Positions 30,058 through 39,337 are shown, counted from the stretch's first letter. The stretch is 63,574 nt of DNA from a virus (IMGVR_UViG_3300046777_002930:1-63574); one strand, 5' to 3'. The notes: generated by a model from the letters alone, not told the origin. Translations and numbers: made by a program.

Positions 30058-30093
30058 AAAAAGAGAGCGCGTCCCACCACAAGACGCGCTCTC
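30058..30093 (-). terminator. intrinsic terminator
   Basis: GAGAGCGCGTC-TTGTGGTGG-GACGCGCTCTC plus T run on minus strand. Confidence 0.8.
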
Positions 30094-30108
30094 GACCCAT
30101 ACGAAAAA

Positions 30109-30414
30109 CTATCCAATCACAAAGTCTTGAACATCAGAGAGTTTGAACCGCTTAATTGACGCGCTCGTTTCATCGTTGTTCGGAATGCCTTGCAGGTAAA
30201 GGTTTTGCTTGTGCTCAACAAGCGAGCCGTTTGCATAACTATTTCCCCAGCTTGTGCCTCCGTGGGTTCGGTTGGCAAGGTTCGCGCCAATAGTAAGGTT
30301 TCGCCGCTTTCCGTTGTAAGTGAATCCAGCAAAGCAAGTTCCTTTGCTTGTCACGATTTGATTGATGAGTTCTGCAAGCCGTTGGGCTTTTTGATTTTGT
30401 GTTTGTGTGTTCAT
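30109..30414 (-). CDS. hypothetical protein, paralog of 37128-37454
   Basis: GGTSWGNS..YLQG..IKRF. Confidence 0.7.
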   Translation of the reverse strand: MNTQTQNQKAQRLAELINQIVTSKGTCFAGFTYNGKRRNLTIGANLANRTHGGTSWGNSYANGSLVEHKQNLYLQGIPNNDETSASIKRFKLSDVQDFVIG

Positions 30415-30515
30415 TTTTTTTGTTTTTTTATTTATTTTTTTTCCGAAAGTATCATATAAAGTCCGACTATAAAGCCTAGAATGATAAGTAGTTCCATATC
30501 AGACATTTTTGTTGC

Positions 30516-31187
30516 TTAATTTTTCACAACAAAGCCCGATGTGTCTTTTTTACCCTTGCCCTTGGCTTTCAAGCCGACGATCACTCCGCGAGGGTCAAGA
30601 AAGCGGAGATCAGTCGCGTCACCATCCACAACTTGCTTGCCGAGATAGGTTTGCGGGAGTTTATCAAAAACAACCGCCACATTGCCACCCATAGCCGCGA
30701 CAAGCTCAACTTTGCTTTGATTGTTTTCTTTACGGCTGAATGTAAGATGATAGTTTGCAGGCAGTTCCCCATTAAGGAATTGAATCATTCGCGCAAGGTT
30801 CGGCGTATAGTCATAGAAACGAAGGTTTTGGAAAGATTCCATGTCGATCATATTGTGCCAAGGCAGATCCGAAAGCACATTGAGACGCACGGCAATCTGT
30901 TTGCCCTTGCCAGCTTGCTTGTTGAGGTTGGCAAGTTCCTTGTTTAAGGCGGCGAGAAAATCGGCGCGGCGTTCGATCAAAAACTTTGCTTTGTTGATTC
31001 GCGCCTCTTGGACATTAGAGAAAACGCCCATGCCCGAAGTATTGAGGCAAGCCGCCTCACATCCTGGCGAACGATGTGGGCAAAGCTGCTTGCCGGATAG
31101 GTTAGCAGGAGCAAGGGAAAGCCCTTTTGTAGTCCAGTCGAGTTTGGTTCCCTTTTCAAGTTTGGTATTTGTGGCGAGTAGTGTCAT
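30516..31187 (-). CDS. Gp88-like phage protein
   Basis: LCP..C...CL, VRLNVLSDLPW, FYDYT, NYHLTFS, DGDATDLRFLD. Confidence 0.75.
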   Translation of the reverse strand: MTLLATNTKLEKGTKLDWTTKGLSLAPANLSGKQLCPHRSPGCEAACLNTSGMGVFSNVQEARINKAKFLIERRADFLAALNKELANLNKQAGKGKQIAVRLNVLSDLPWHNMIDMESFQNLRFYDYTPNLARMIQFLNGELPANYHLTFSRKENNQSKVELVAAMGGNVAVVFDKLPQTYLGKQVVDGDATDLRFLDPRGVIVGLKAKGKGKKDTSGFVVKN

Positions 31188-31286
31188 GGTGTTGGTGGTG
31201 TTGATTACGGAAAACAGAATAAGGCTATTGTATAAAATTGGCAAGGGATTTTTTCCAATTTTTTTCTTTTTATTTTTTTAATGCAA

Positions 31287-31346
31287 GCAATCCTCGTGCC
31301 AGGCCAGGTTGGCATGGTTTATGCTGGGGGGGCAGGAATCGTGCCA
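31287..31346 (-). promoter_or_regulatory. two sigma-54-like -24/-12 boxes
   Basis: TGGCACG-AGGA-TTGC and TGGCACG-ATTC-CTGC on minus strand. Confidence 0.7.
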
Positions 31347-31349
31347 GTT

Positions 31350-31418
31350 GTAAGTCGTTGCGTATCAAGGACTTGCGGGCCCGAGGGCCCCGTAAGTCGT
31401 TGGTATTCAACAACTTAC
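31350..31418 (-). repeat. 69-bp dispersed element, copy 9
   Basis: GTAAGTCGTTG-N5-CAAGGACTTGC GGGCCCGAGGGCCCC GTAAGTCGTTG-N5-CAACAACTTAC. Confidence 0.95.
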
Positions 31419-31427
31419 GGGTTTGAT

Positions 31428-31931
31428 TTACAGATAAGCGTGAGAGGAAAAGAAGTTGAGCGAGGACATATCTAATGAGGGTGCGCCGCCGTCAAGTTTC
31501 TTAAATGCAGCTTGTTCCGAAGTTTTGTAAAGCATGAAACCTTCTCTTTTAATTTCACTATATTCCTTTTCTGCAAGTGCTTGAAATTCAGCAAGAATGC
31601 CGCCTTTCTTACCTTTATGTTGTGGATTGCTTTGAGAATTAGCTTGCATCAATTTTTCAGTCACAAGACCTTTAATCATATCTTCTTCCGTAGATAGGAA
31701 GTAGGCAAAGGTATCGCAAGTGAAATGTAAGTATCCTTCGCCCGTGTTAGCGTCATCAGAGCAGAAGGCGGAAGTGCAGTTAGGAGCCGCCGCGCCCACA
31801 TTAAAGAAGCGGTTGAATTGCTGGTTGATTTGCTCTTTGGTTCCTTCTATGCCAACGGCAATTTCAGACCCATAGGATGAGATTAGGATGTTGGCGTTTT
31901 TGTTTTCGTTGTTGGTTTGTGTTGTTGTCAT
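31428..31931 (-). CDS. hypothetical protein
   Basis: likely start MTTTQTN. Confidence 0.65.
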   Translation of the reverse strand: MTTTQTNNENKNANILISSYGSEIAVGIEGTKEQINQQFNRFFNVGAAAPNCTSAFCSDDANTGEGYLHFTCDTFAYFLSTEEDMIKGLVTEKLMQANSQSNPQHKGKKGGILAEFQALAEKEYSEIKREGFMLYKTSEQAAFKKLDGGAPSLDMSSLNFFSSHAYL

Positions 31932-32065
31932 GGCTTTTAATTTATTTGGTTGAGTTAATAGTGTCAAGGAATTATTTTCCATTATGTTGGCAAGCATAAG
32001 CTGTTAAAGCAAGGATAGTTATGATCCAAACTATTACTATCCCATATACAAGGTCGTCGGTCATA

Positions 32066-32404
32066 TTACCAGTCTCCTCCGTCGAAGTAGTCGCCGCCGT
32101 AGTCCTCGTCAGTTCCCCATCCAGCAGACGCAAGCGCGTTCGCGTCAGCGTCCACATCGTCGCGGAAATTGTCCTCGCGTGGTTCGCGGTTGAATCCATG
32201 CTCGTCATCGTCGTCGTCCTGCTGGTCGTCGTCATATTCGGTCATGTCGTCGCCATCATCATGCTGGCGTTGCGCGTCATAATCTGCCAAGTCTTTGGCG
32301 TGCTGCTCGTCCAGCCAATCGGCATAGGAGGAGTCAAGTTCCTCGCAAGTCACGCGAGCGAGTTCGTTCATTTCGTTGTCGGGTTGGGTGGTGTTGTTGT
32401 TCAT
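32066..32404 (-). CDS. highly acidic small protein
   Basis: D/E-rich; ALASAGWGTDEDYG. Confidence 0.75.
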   Translation of the reverse strand: MNNNTTQPDNEMNELARVTCEELDSSYADWLDEQHAKDLADYDAQRQHDDGDDMTEYDDDQQDDDDDEHGFNREPREDNFRDDVDADANALASAGWGTDEDYGGDYFDGGDW

Positions 32405-32478
32405 GGTTCTAATGTATAAAACGCCCGAAAAAACGCAAGGAATTTTTTTTATTTTTTTTAATTTTTATTTTCACCTAT

Positions 32479-32526
32479 TCAACTACCATGCCAGGCCCGG
32501 TATTCTGCCATTCAAGAAGCGTGCCA
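32479..32526 (-). promoter_or_regulatory. two sigma-54-like boxes 33 bp apart
   Basis: TGGCATG-GTAG-TTGA and TGGCACG-CTTC-TTGA. Confidence 0.55.
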
Positions 32527-32539
32527 AGTTTCTCGTGTT

Positions 32540-32608
32540 GTAAGTCGTTCATTGCCAATGACTTACGGGCCCGAGGGCCCTGTAACTCGTTGAGTCGCAG
32601 GGGTTTAT
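32540..32608 (-). repeat. 69-bp dispersed element, copy 10
   Basis: same architecture. Confidence 0.93.
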
Positions 32609-32609
32609 G

Positions 32610-32822
32610 TTACCAGCAGTTTACGGCGTCAGCTTGCCTCTCTGCATGAACCTCGGCAAGGCTCTTGAAGCTCTCAAGTGCTTCTTCTTTAGTTTCATCA
32701 TCTTCCAGAGAATCCATGATAGCTTGGATTGTCCAGCACTCTACAATTACATCCCATCCTCCATCATCATAATGTTCTTGGGCGTAGTTATATATATATT
32801 TAGCGATTTCTTCTTTATTCAT
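32610..32822 (-). CDS. hypothetical protein
   Basis: likely start MNKEE; YAQEHYDDGGWDVIVECW. Confidence 0.65.
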   Translation of the reverse strand: MNKEEIAKYIYNYAQEHYDDGGWDVIVECWTIQAIMDSLEDDETKEEALESFKSLAEVHAERQADAVNCW

Positions 32823-32835
32823 ATTATTGGTTAGT

Positions 32836-33111
32836 TTAGTGTTTGATGTAGGGTTTGATGATGTCCAGTTCCTCAAGGATTGTGCTGATGTGATCGACCC
32901 AGTTGAGTCCATAAACATCGCTCATATGGAGGTCGTAGTAGGCTTGAAGGATTGTCTCTTTGGACGCGCCTTCGTATAGACCATCTCCGTTCATTGTGGA
33001 CTCAATCTCGGCGTAAACCTTGTGCTTGTCCTCTGGGGTCAAGCCGATGAGGGTGTAAGCGGCAATGTTGAACAGGACGCTGTGATGTGGTGCTTGTTGT
33101 GTTGTTGTCAT
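32836..33111 (-). CDS. hypothetical protein
   Basis: ORF in operon. Confidence 0.65.
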   Translation of the reverse strand: MTTTQQAPHHSVLFNIAAYTLIGLTPEDKHKVYAEIESTMNGDGLYEGASKETILQAYYDLHMSDVYGLNWVDHISTILEELDIIKPYIKH

Positions 33112-33128
33112 GTGTGTTGGTGTTTAGG

Positions 33129-33395
33129 TTAAATTGCTCCAGCGCGTTTGGCGTAAGCTTTAAGCTTCTTGAATACAAGGTCTTGAGATACCTTGTCCGT
33201 AGGGAAGTTGGTCAATCCCCTCTGGCACATATCGAACTCGTGAGTCTCGGAGCCGTAACCCCCTGGGGCTTCATCATTAGCCAAGATTGTGCCTTTAGCT
33301 TCGTTGACTTGCGTGACTCGGAATGGAATGTCAGTTCGTGTTCCGTGGTATCTGTAGAGGACAAGATCCCCTACCTTCGGTGTTTGTATTAGCAT
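33129..33395 (-). CDS. hypothetical protein
   Basis: likely start MLIQTP. Confidence 0.6.
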   Translation of the reverse strand: MLIQTPKVGDLVLYRYHGTRTDIPFRVTQVNEAKGTILANDEAPGGYGSETHEFDMCQRGLTNFPTDKVSQDLVFKKLKAYAKRAGAI

Positions 33396-33414
33396 GGTGG
33401 CGTTGGTGTTTAGG

Positions 33415-33606
33415 TTAAAATGAGCGGTGGTTGGTCTGGTATGGAAGCTCCTGCGCGAGCAAGTCCATGACAGCTTTATTGTCTGGCTCGTCCATGATCT
33501 GCCCAAGAATCCAAAGGCAAACATCCTCCCATTGCTGGGTTGTCCGCTCGCCCCTCTGGAGGCTGGCGAGGTTATTCATGTAGCATTCAATCAATTCAAC
33601 TTTCAT
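33415..33606 (-). CDS. hypothetical protein, paralog of 34709-34864
   Basis: TTQQWEDVCLWILGQIMDE. Confidence 0.65.
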   Translation of the reverse strand: MKVELIECYMNNLASLQRGERTTQQWEDVCLWILGQIMDEPDNKAVMDLLAQELPYQTNHRSF

Positions 33607-33685
33607 GGTGTTTAAGGTAGCATGGATGTCTAAAAAGCACAAGGGATATTTTTATTTTTTTTGAATTTTTTTTACATGACTGCAA

Positions 33686-33733
33686 GCAGTAGCTATGCCA
33701 AGTATAGATTTCGCCTATTCAAGAATCGTGCCA
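33686..33733 (-). promoter_or_regulatory. two sigma-54-like boxes 33 bp apart
   Basis: TGGCATA-GCTA-CTGC and TGGCACG-ATTC-TTGA. Confidence 0.6.
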
Positions 33734-33783
33734 AGTTCTAATTTTGTAAGAAAAAGACCCCATTATTTCTTTCAATTCTCTTC

Positions 33784-33852
33784 TTAAGTCGTTGAATAGC
33801 AGGCACTTGCGGGCCCGAGGGCCCTGTAACTCGTTGAGTCACAGGGGTTTAG
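33784..33852 (-). repeat. 69-bp dispersed element, copy 11
   Basis: same architecture. Confidence 0.93.
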
Positions 33853-33922
33853 GTTTATTCTGAACTTTTAGCCAACAAGAAGAATCCGAGAAGGGTTCCA
33901 ATTAGAAAAGTCATATAAGTAA

Positions 33923-34426
33923 TTAGTCAGCAATGATTTCGAGAGTATATTTTTTGATAACATTGTCGGCTTCTTGCTTCCAACGGCGCAACTGCCTATC
34001 GTGGAACTCTTTGAGAAGGGTTTCCTCAAGGACGATTTCGCCGGTATCAACTTCGATCTCTTGAGCTTGCTCGTTAAGTGCATCATATTGAAGTCTTTCA
34101 GCAGACTTTTCTGATATTCTCCAAAGCTGGGAAAGGTTTTTCGCGTTTCCATCCTCCCATTTAGTAAAGCCAGCCCAATACTTTCCATTTTCAAAAGAGT
34201 GCATCGGCTTTCCATCCATGTCTGAAAGGTGCATTGCGGCGGCATCTTCAAGCTGTGGGAATGCCTCAAGAATTTCTTTGTGAATTGCTCCGAAGACAGA
34301 TTCGCGTCCATTCTCGACAACGCGACCAGTTAAGGAAAAGTGGGGTTTTTGATCGCCAATTTTGTGAAGGACAAAGTCCGCTTCGATGTAGTTTTTTGGG
34401 TCTTGGTTTTTTGTGGTTAGTTTCAT
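33923..34426 (-). CDS. hypothetical protein
   Basis: HFSLTG..GAIHKEIL..HLSDMDGKPMH. Confidence 0.7.
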   Translation of the reverse strand: MKLTTKNQDPKNYIEADFVLHKIGDQKPHFSLTGRVVENGRESVFGAIHKEILEAFPQLEDAAAMHLSDMDGKPMHSFENGKYWAGFTKWEDGNAKNLSQLWRISEKSAERLQYDALNEQAQEIEVDTGEIVLEETLLKEFHDRQLRRWKQEADNVIKKYTLEIIAD

Positions 34427-34473
34427 TTTGTGGTTGGTTTGGTTTTTTTATATTATAGGTTAATCGGAAAAGG

Positions 34474-34662
34474 TCAATTTTTATTTTTGAAAAAACTTGG
34501 AAGATTTATTTTGATTTGTGGCTTCCAATCATTAACGGTCTGATAGGCTTCAAGCTCTGCGTTGATGTTGCCAAAAACTGAAATTTCTGGATACTTGGCA
34601 AGTAATTTTTCAAAATCTTTTTTGAAATTTTGAAGGTTCTTTTCGGGAGTGATGATTTTCAT
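34474..34662 (-). CDS. hypothetical protein
   Basis: promoter upstream. Confidence 0.6.
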   Translation of the reverse strand: MKIITPEKNLQNFKKDFEKLLAKYPEISVFGNINAELEAYQTVNDWKPQIKINLPSFFKNKN

Positions 34663-34708
34663 AACAGTATTTAGATTATAGGGTGAATTTAAAAGGTCAA
34701 GGATTATT

Positions 34709-34864
34709 TCAGCGATTTTTCAAACGAACAAAAACATCTTTGTTTTCTTCCATCAGTTCGCCAAGAATTTCAAAACAGATTTTGAACCATTCTTCTTGAG
34801 TGATCCAGCCCATTTCAAACCTTGCTTTTGCCCATTCATAGCGGGAAACCATGTCTTGTTTCAT
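34709..34864 (-). CDS. hypothetical protein (51 aa)
   Basis: manual translation MKQDMVSRYEWAKARFEMGWITQEEWFKICFEILGELMEENK. Confidence 0.65.
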   Translation of the reverse strand: MKQDMVSRYEWAKARFEMGWITQEEWFKICFEILGELMEENKDVFVRLKNR

Positions 34865-34930
34865 GTTTTTAATGTATAAAATTATTCCGATTCTGTCCAG
34901 ATATTTTTTTTAATTTTTTATTTGGCATAA

Positions 34931-34945
34931 GCAAAAATCGTGCCA
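34931..34945 (-). promoter_or_regulatory. consensus sigma-54 -24/-12 box
   Basis: TGGCACG-ATTT-TTGC. Confidence 0.7.
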
Positions 34946-34956
34946 AGATTCGCGTT

Positions 34957-35025
34957 GTAAATCGTTGGGCGCCAACAAGTTACAGGCCCGAGGGGCCCGT
35001 AAGTCGTTGACCTACAAGGCTTTGC
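34957..35025 (-). repeat. 69-bp dispersed element, copy 12
   Basis: same architecture. Confidence 0.9.
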
Positions 35026-35027
35026 GC

Positions 35028-35222
35028 TTATTTCTCCATCAGCTTGACAATCACAAGCAGAGCAATCCCTAAGAAGAAACTAAACAAGGCAAGAAGAAAG
35101 CCAATCCAGAAAGGAGATAAGACCCATAACCAGCTCCATTGGATATGGTTAGTCAACTTAAGACCGATAAAGAGAACGCCGAGTAGTAACCAAAGTGATG
35201 GAATTTTCATTTGTATTTTCAT
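35028..35222 (-). CDS. small membrane protein
   Basis: LFIGLKLTNHIQWSWLWVLSPFW. Confidence 0.75.
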   Translation of the reverse strand: MKIQMKIPSLWLLLGVLFIGLKLTNHIQWSWLWVLSPFWIGFLLALFSFFLGIALLVIVKLMEK

Positions 35223-35230
35223 TATATTTT

Positions 35231-35413
35231 TTATTTAGTTATGCCGCAAGCCTTTTTGAATCGAGCAGAATCAAACAAGCTGTTGAGACTTTTGAAGGTA
35301 GAGCAAAGATCGTCAACAATGTTTTCGATCAGTTTAAGTTCTTTGGTTGTAGATGCTTGCCCGTAGTTGAATTTAATTGTATCAGCTACTTGTTGGAAGT
35401 GTTTTTTTGTCAT
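35231..35413 (-). CDS. hypothetical protein
   Basis: MTKKHF..NSLFDSARFKKACG. Confidence 0.7.
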   Translation of the reverse strand: MTKKHFQQVADTIKFNYGQASTTKELKLIENIVDDLCSTFKSLNSLFDSARFKKACGITK

Positions 35414-35642
35414 GGTTTTTGTTTGGTTGTTTGTGGTTGTTGTTTTGTTTGAAAATTAAAGCCCGTTGCGTCCTACATATTCGGCAAAGCTCATAAACAG
35501 GCTGAACATTGCATAAGAGAAAATGCAGACGATGATTGTTGGAACGATTTGCTCTAGTGTTTCGATTGCTTTCATGTTTTTGAATATATTCGATGAATCT
35601 AAAATGTCCAGATATTTTTTTATTTTTTTCATTTTTATTCAA

Positions 35643-35690
35643 GCATTATCTGTGCCAACTTTCCGATTTCGCCATACAGGAATCGTGCCA
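35643..35690 (-). promoter_or_regulatory. two sigma-54-like boxes 33 bp apart
   Basis: TGGCACA-GATA-ATGC and TGGCACG-ATTC-CTGT. Confidence 0.6.
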
Positions 35691-35694
35691 ACTT

Positions 35695-35763
35695 GTAAGT
35701 CCTTGATTGCCAATGAGTTACGGGCCCGAGGGCCCCGTAAGTCGTTGATATTCAGCAACTTAC
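35695..35763 (-). repeat. 69-bp dispersed element, copy 13
   Basis: same architecture. Confidence 0.95.
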
Positions 35764-35923
35764 GGATTAGATTAAATGCTAGGCTTGCCCATTGCCACCC
35801 ATCTATTGTAGAGCATCAGGAAACCCCTCTGCGCCTGCAACTTCTGCGCTTCTGTTAAGGGTTTTTTCTTTTTATTTGTTTTGTTTTTCATTGCGTTATT
35901 TTGATGAATTGTATGGTGTTATG

Positions 35924-36271
35924 TTAGTCGCTCCAGCAGTCATAGCTGCCGTTGTATATCCAAGACCCATCTTCCAGCTTGATGCCATCGTCACAAGTAA
36001 GCGATTGACCGCCAATGCCATACATAGAGCAGACAAAAGAAACCTTGTCGGATTTTTGCTTGGCGAGGCGAAGGCGAGTTTCCTCGTCGCCGTAGTAGTT
36101 GCCAATTACAGAGCCGTCGGGTTGCTTAACGGCGAACACATCAAACAGGCGTTTCGAGGAATGAATCTGGAATGTTCCCCAGTCGCGTGTTCCCGTGCTG
36201 TTGCTTTCATGCGTTGCGCTAAACTTGATGAAGTTTTGCGGATGGTTGATTGTGTCTAGTGGTGTTGTCAT
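35924..36271 (-). CDS. hypothetical protein
   Basis: ORF in operon. Confidence 0.65.
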   Translation of the reverse strand: MTTPLDTINHPQNFIKFSATHESNSTGTRDWGTFQIHSSKRLFDVFAVKQPDGSVIGNYYGDEETRLRLAKQKSDKVSFVCSMYGIGGQSLTCDDGIKLEDGSWIYNGSYDCWSD

Positions 36272-36279
36272 AGTCTCTA

Positions 36280-36483
36280 TCAGTTGAAGCGTTCCGTTTC
36301 GCGTTGTTCCCTAGCTTGCTCACGGGCGATCCTCTTTAGAATCGCATCCTCTTGTGCGAGGCTTTGAGCGAGCCAGTCATTGCCGCAAGCATCTTCCATG
36401 AAGCGGTATTTATTGTAAAGGTTCTCGCCAGCGTAGTCAGAGAGGCGGTCAATCAGTTCGTCTTGGTTCAAGTATTTCTTCAT
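36280..36483 (-). CDS. hypothetical protein
   Basis: TTGACA promoter directly upstream. Confidence 0.65.
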   Translation of the reverse strand: MKKYLNQDELIDRLSDYAGENLYNKYRFMEDACGNDWLAQSLAQEDAILKRIAREQAREQRETERFN

Positions 36484-36528
36484 GGTGTGAATCTATTCTA
36501 AAAGCGTTAGTGTGTCAAAGGATTTTTT

Positions 36529-36693
36529 TCAATTTTCGTATTGTCCGAAAAGCTCGTATCGTCCATCAAAGGATTGTTCTTCTTCGTAGTCGAGAACGAA
36601 GGGGATGTTGCCCGCGCTTACACACATGGCAAAGAAGCTGTCTGTGTCTTGGATGTCTGCGGTGTTTGTGGTAGTGTTGTTTTCGTTGTTCAT
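36529..36693 (-). CDS. hypothetical protein
   Basis: likely start MNNENN directly after a -10 box. Confidence 0.55.
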   Translation of the reverse strand: MNNENNTTTNTADIQDTDSFFAMCVSAGNIPFVLDYEEEQSFDGRYELFGQYEN

Positions 36694-36770
36694 GTTTTTA
36701 AGGTATTCGATAATGCCTAAAAGGTCAAGGGGAGATTTTATTTTTTTTGAATTTTTTATTTTTGATGCAA

Positions 36771-36818
36771 GCAGGGAGCGTGCCAAGTCTCGATATTCGC
36801 CATTCAGGAATCGTGCCA
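36771..36818 (-). promoter_or_regulatory. two sigma-54-like boxes 33 bp apart
   Basis: TGGCACG-CTCC-CTGC and TGGCACG-ATTC-CTGA. Confidence 0.65.
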
Positions 36819-36829
36819 AGTTCCATGTC

Positions 36830-36898
36830 GTAAATCGTTGATTATCAAGGACTTGCGGGCCCGAGGGCCCCGTAAGTCGTTGATATTCAGCAACTTAC
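36830..36898 (-). repeat. 69-bp dispersed element, copy 14
   Basis: same architecture; three exact IHF-consensus matches. Confidence 0.95.
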
Positions 36899-36906
36899 GC
36901 GATTGA

Positions 36907-37107
36907 CTATCCGAATAGCGGTTGGATTACATACTTTGTGCCGCGAGGCATCTTCTTAAGTGGTTGCAACCCTTCGCGTTCCCTTGCTTTGTTATAGTCC
37001 CACAGGATGTTTTGCTTTGCAGTATAGAAGAAACCTTCTGTTGCCGCAAGCGTATAAGAACCAATGTGTTCTGTTGGTGGTATTAGGGCTTTTAGTATTT
37101 TTTTCAT
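36907..37107 (-). CDS. hypothetical protein
   Basis: LWDYNKAREREGL. Confidence 0.65.
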   Translation of the reverse strand: MKKILKALIPPTEHIGSYTLAATEGFFYTAKQNILWDYNKAREREGLQPLKKMPRGTKYVIQPLFG

Positions 37108-37127
37108 AGGTCGTTATTAGGTTGAGA

Positions 37128-37454
37128 TTATCCAACTACTTGGAGATCAGACACATAGGCGAAGTCAAAACGCTTAATCTGAAGGCGTCCATCCTCTTGC
37201 TCCTCAACGCCTTGGAGGTATTCGCGGCGTTGCTCTGTGTCCTTTTTATAGAGGGCAACAAAGCGGTTGCCGTTGTTGCTCTTGCCCCATGAGCGACCAC
37301 CAGCAAGGAGAGGCAGGATGACCTCGCGCCCCATGCGGATGATGCGTTGAGTGACCGAAACGCCGCCACCCTTGAGGGGCTTGGCATAGGTGAACTTCAC
37401 GAGGGTCGTGGAAGCAGGGATTTCGTTCGGGTTTGTGGTGTTTGTGTTGTTCAT
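37128..37454 (-). CDS. hypothetical protein, paralog of 30109-30414
   Basis: GGRSWGKS..YLQG..IKRF. Confidence 0.7.
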   Translation of the reverse strand: MNNTNTTNPNEIPASTTLVKFTYAKPLKGGGVSVTQRIIRMGREVILPLLAGGRSWGKSNNGNRFVALYKKDTEQRREYLQGVEEQEDGRLQIKRFDFAYVSDLQVVG

Positions 37455-37993
37455 ATTGTTAATGTATAAAAATCTTTTTAATGCGTCAAGGGTTTTTTTA
37501 TTGTTGTTCAAGGTGAATCTTCAAGAGGACTGCGATGGTCGAGAACCAGATGAAAACCACTACTGCGGCGATGTCGTTTGCTTCCATGTCTAAAAAGGTA
37601 TCACAGACCGACAGGAACGCAAGATATTTTTTGAATTAAAATTCAGAGAGAAAAAAGATTTTCCTTGACACCCCCCCAGTTTTTCGAATTTTGGGTAGCC
37701 ACGGGCCCAGAAAGCGTGTGGGGGTCTTAAAATTCAGTCTCCCCCAATAAAAATCCAATTATTTAATAATATATATACGTATACCTCTATTATTTATCTT
37801 TCTTATATTATCTTCTTATCTTGTCTTATTATGTATTATTGTTGTTATAGTCAATGCGTAGGGCAACCCCCCCCTATTTTTCGAATAAAAAAGAATTAAA
37901 TATCAAAAAATATTTCAAGGGTTTTCGGCCGGGCCGTATTAAATCTGGTAATACCAATTTTAGTGTATAAAAATATATAAAAAAATAAATTTT

Positions 37994-39337
37994 ATGTTTA
38001 GGTGGATTTATCTTAAGGCTTTGAGGGCTAAAAAAAGAATATTAAAAAAAGAAAAAAATAAAAATATGCCAATTATTACAAACGAAAATGAAAATACCAG
38101 CGGCGACGATCTTGAAGAAAAAGAACACCGCACTTTGTTTGGATTTTCAACAAAAAATGTCTTTGCGTCCAAGTCGCTTAACTTTATTTATATAATAGTG
38201 ATGGTAGTGGCGACGGCTTTTGCCTTTCACGCTCTTTCTTTAATATTAACAGGGTGGAGCATGGGCTTAATATTTTTAGCTGCGCTTTCTGTGGTTGGAT
38301 TGCCTTACTGCATTAAGATAATAATGTACGGGCGCGAGACGTTTGAATATAAACACGCCGCCCTTTGCTTAATTATAAGCCTGCTTCCGACTATATTTGA
38401 CTTTGTTGGATTTTATTCAGAAACAAGTGTTAAGTCAGCACTTCAGACAACTAAGTTCGAAGTGTTAGAGAAAGTTAATTACTTTGATAAAGAAGTAAGA
38501 AAGTCAATTAGTAAACAACTTTTATTATTAGAAAACGAGACTAACTCTATAAAGACAAAAATAGAACAAGAACATACCACCAAGCTTAAGGAACTTAATA
38601 ATAAAACTAATGACGCCGCAAAAGACCTAGAGCAACAATTTAATTCTAAATATAAGCAGCTTAGCGATAAAGTTAATGACGCGGAGCAAGCATTTATAGA
38701 TGAAACAGAGGGGGTTAGAGGAAAAGTTACATCTGGCGTCGCTGGAGTCGGTCCAAGAGCTAAAGAATTAGAAGCCGATATTAGAAAAGCTAAAGCCGAG
38801 GTTGATTTAGCAAAAAAGGAATTAGAAAATAATAAAGAAAAAGAAATAGAGGCTTATAAGGCTAATATTTTACTTGAAGAAAGAGGGCTTGAATCTAATA
38901 AGAATAAAGAACTTGAAAAAATACAGAAAGAATATGAAACAAAAAAAGCTTCATTAGAACAAGGAGTATTAGCAATAGACGGATTGGTTTCTGTTAAGGA
39001 CGGAGAAGAGGGTTTGATTTTTAGTGTAAATAAAGCTAAAACTTTTGAAGAATTAGCCGATACTTCTATTAAGTTAAATAGCGCAATTAACGTGGTTAGC
39101 GCCAAATTAAATACCGAACCTCAGTTTATAAAATTTAAAACTGATAATGTAATTAATTTATCTTTTAGCGCCCTGCTTAGAGGAGATATTACGGCTTTAA
39201 TTTGTTTTTTGCTTGCTATACTATTAGAAATAGTTGACACTGTTATAGTTTATATGGTAAGAGGCGTTAAAACTCAGAAAAAAGCTAGTTATTCTAAAAT
39301 TAGAAATATAAGAGAAAGCGTAAAATATAATTTTTAA
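37994..39337 (+). CDS. multi-pass membrane protein with long coiled coil (DUF4407-like)
   Basis: 3 N-terminal TM segments, coiled coil with GVAGVGPRA, C-terminal TM. Confidence 0.7.
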   Translation: MFRWIYLKALRAKKRILKKEKNKNMPIITNENENTSGDDLEEKEHRTLFGFSTKNVFASKSLNFIYIIVMVVATAFAFHALSLILTGWSMGLIFLAALSVVGLPYCIKIIMYGRETFEYKHAALCLIISLLPTIFDFVGFYSETSVKSALQTTKFEVLEKVNYFDKEVRKSISKQLLLLENETNSIKTKIEQEHTTKLKELNNKTNDAAKDLEQQFNSKYKQLSDKVNDAEQAFIDETEGVRGKVTSGVAGVGPRAKELEADIRKAKAEVDLAKKELENNKEKEIEAYKANILLEERGLESNKNKELEKIQKEYETKKASLEQGVLAIDGLVSVKDGEEGLIFSVNKAKTFEELADTSIKLNSAINVVSAKLNTEPQFIKFKTDNVINLSFSALLRGDITALICFLLAILLEIVDTVIVYMVRGVKTQKKASYSKIRNIRESVKYNF

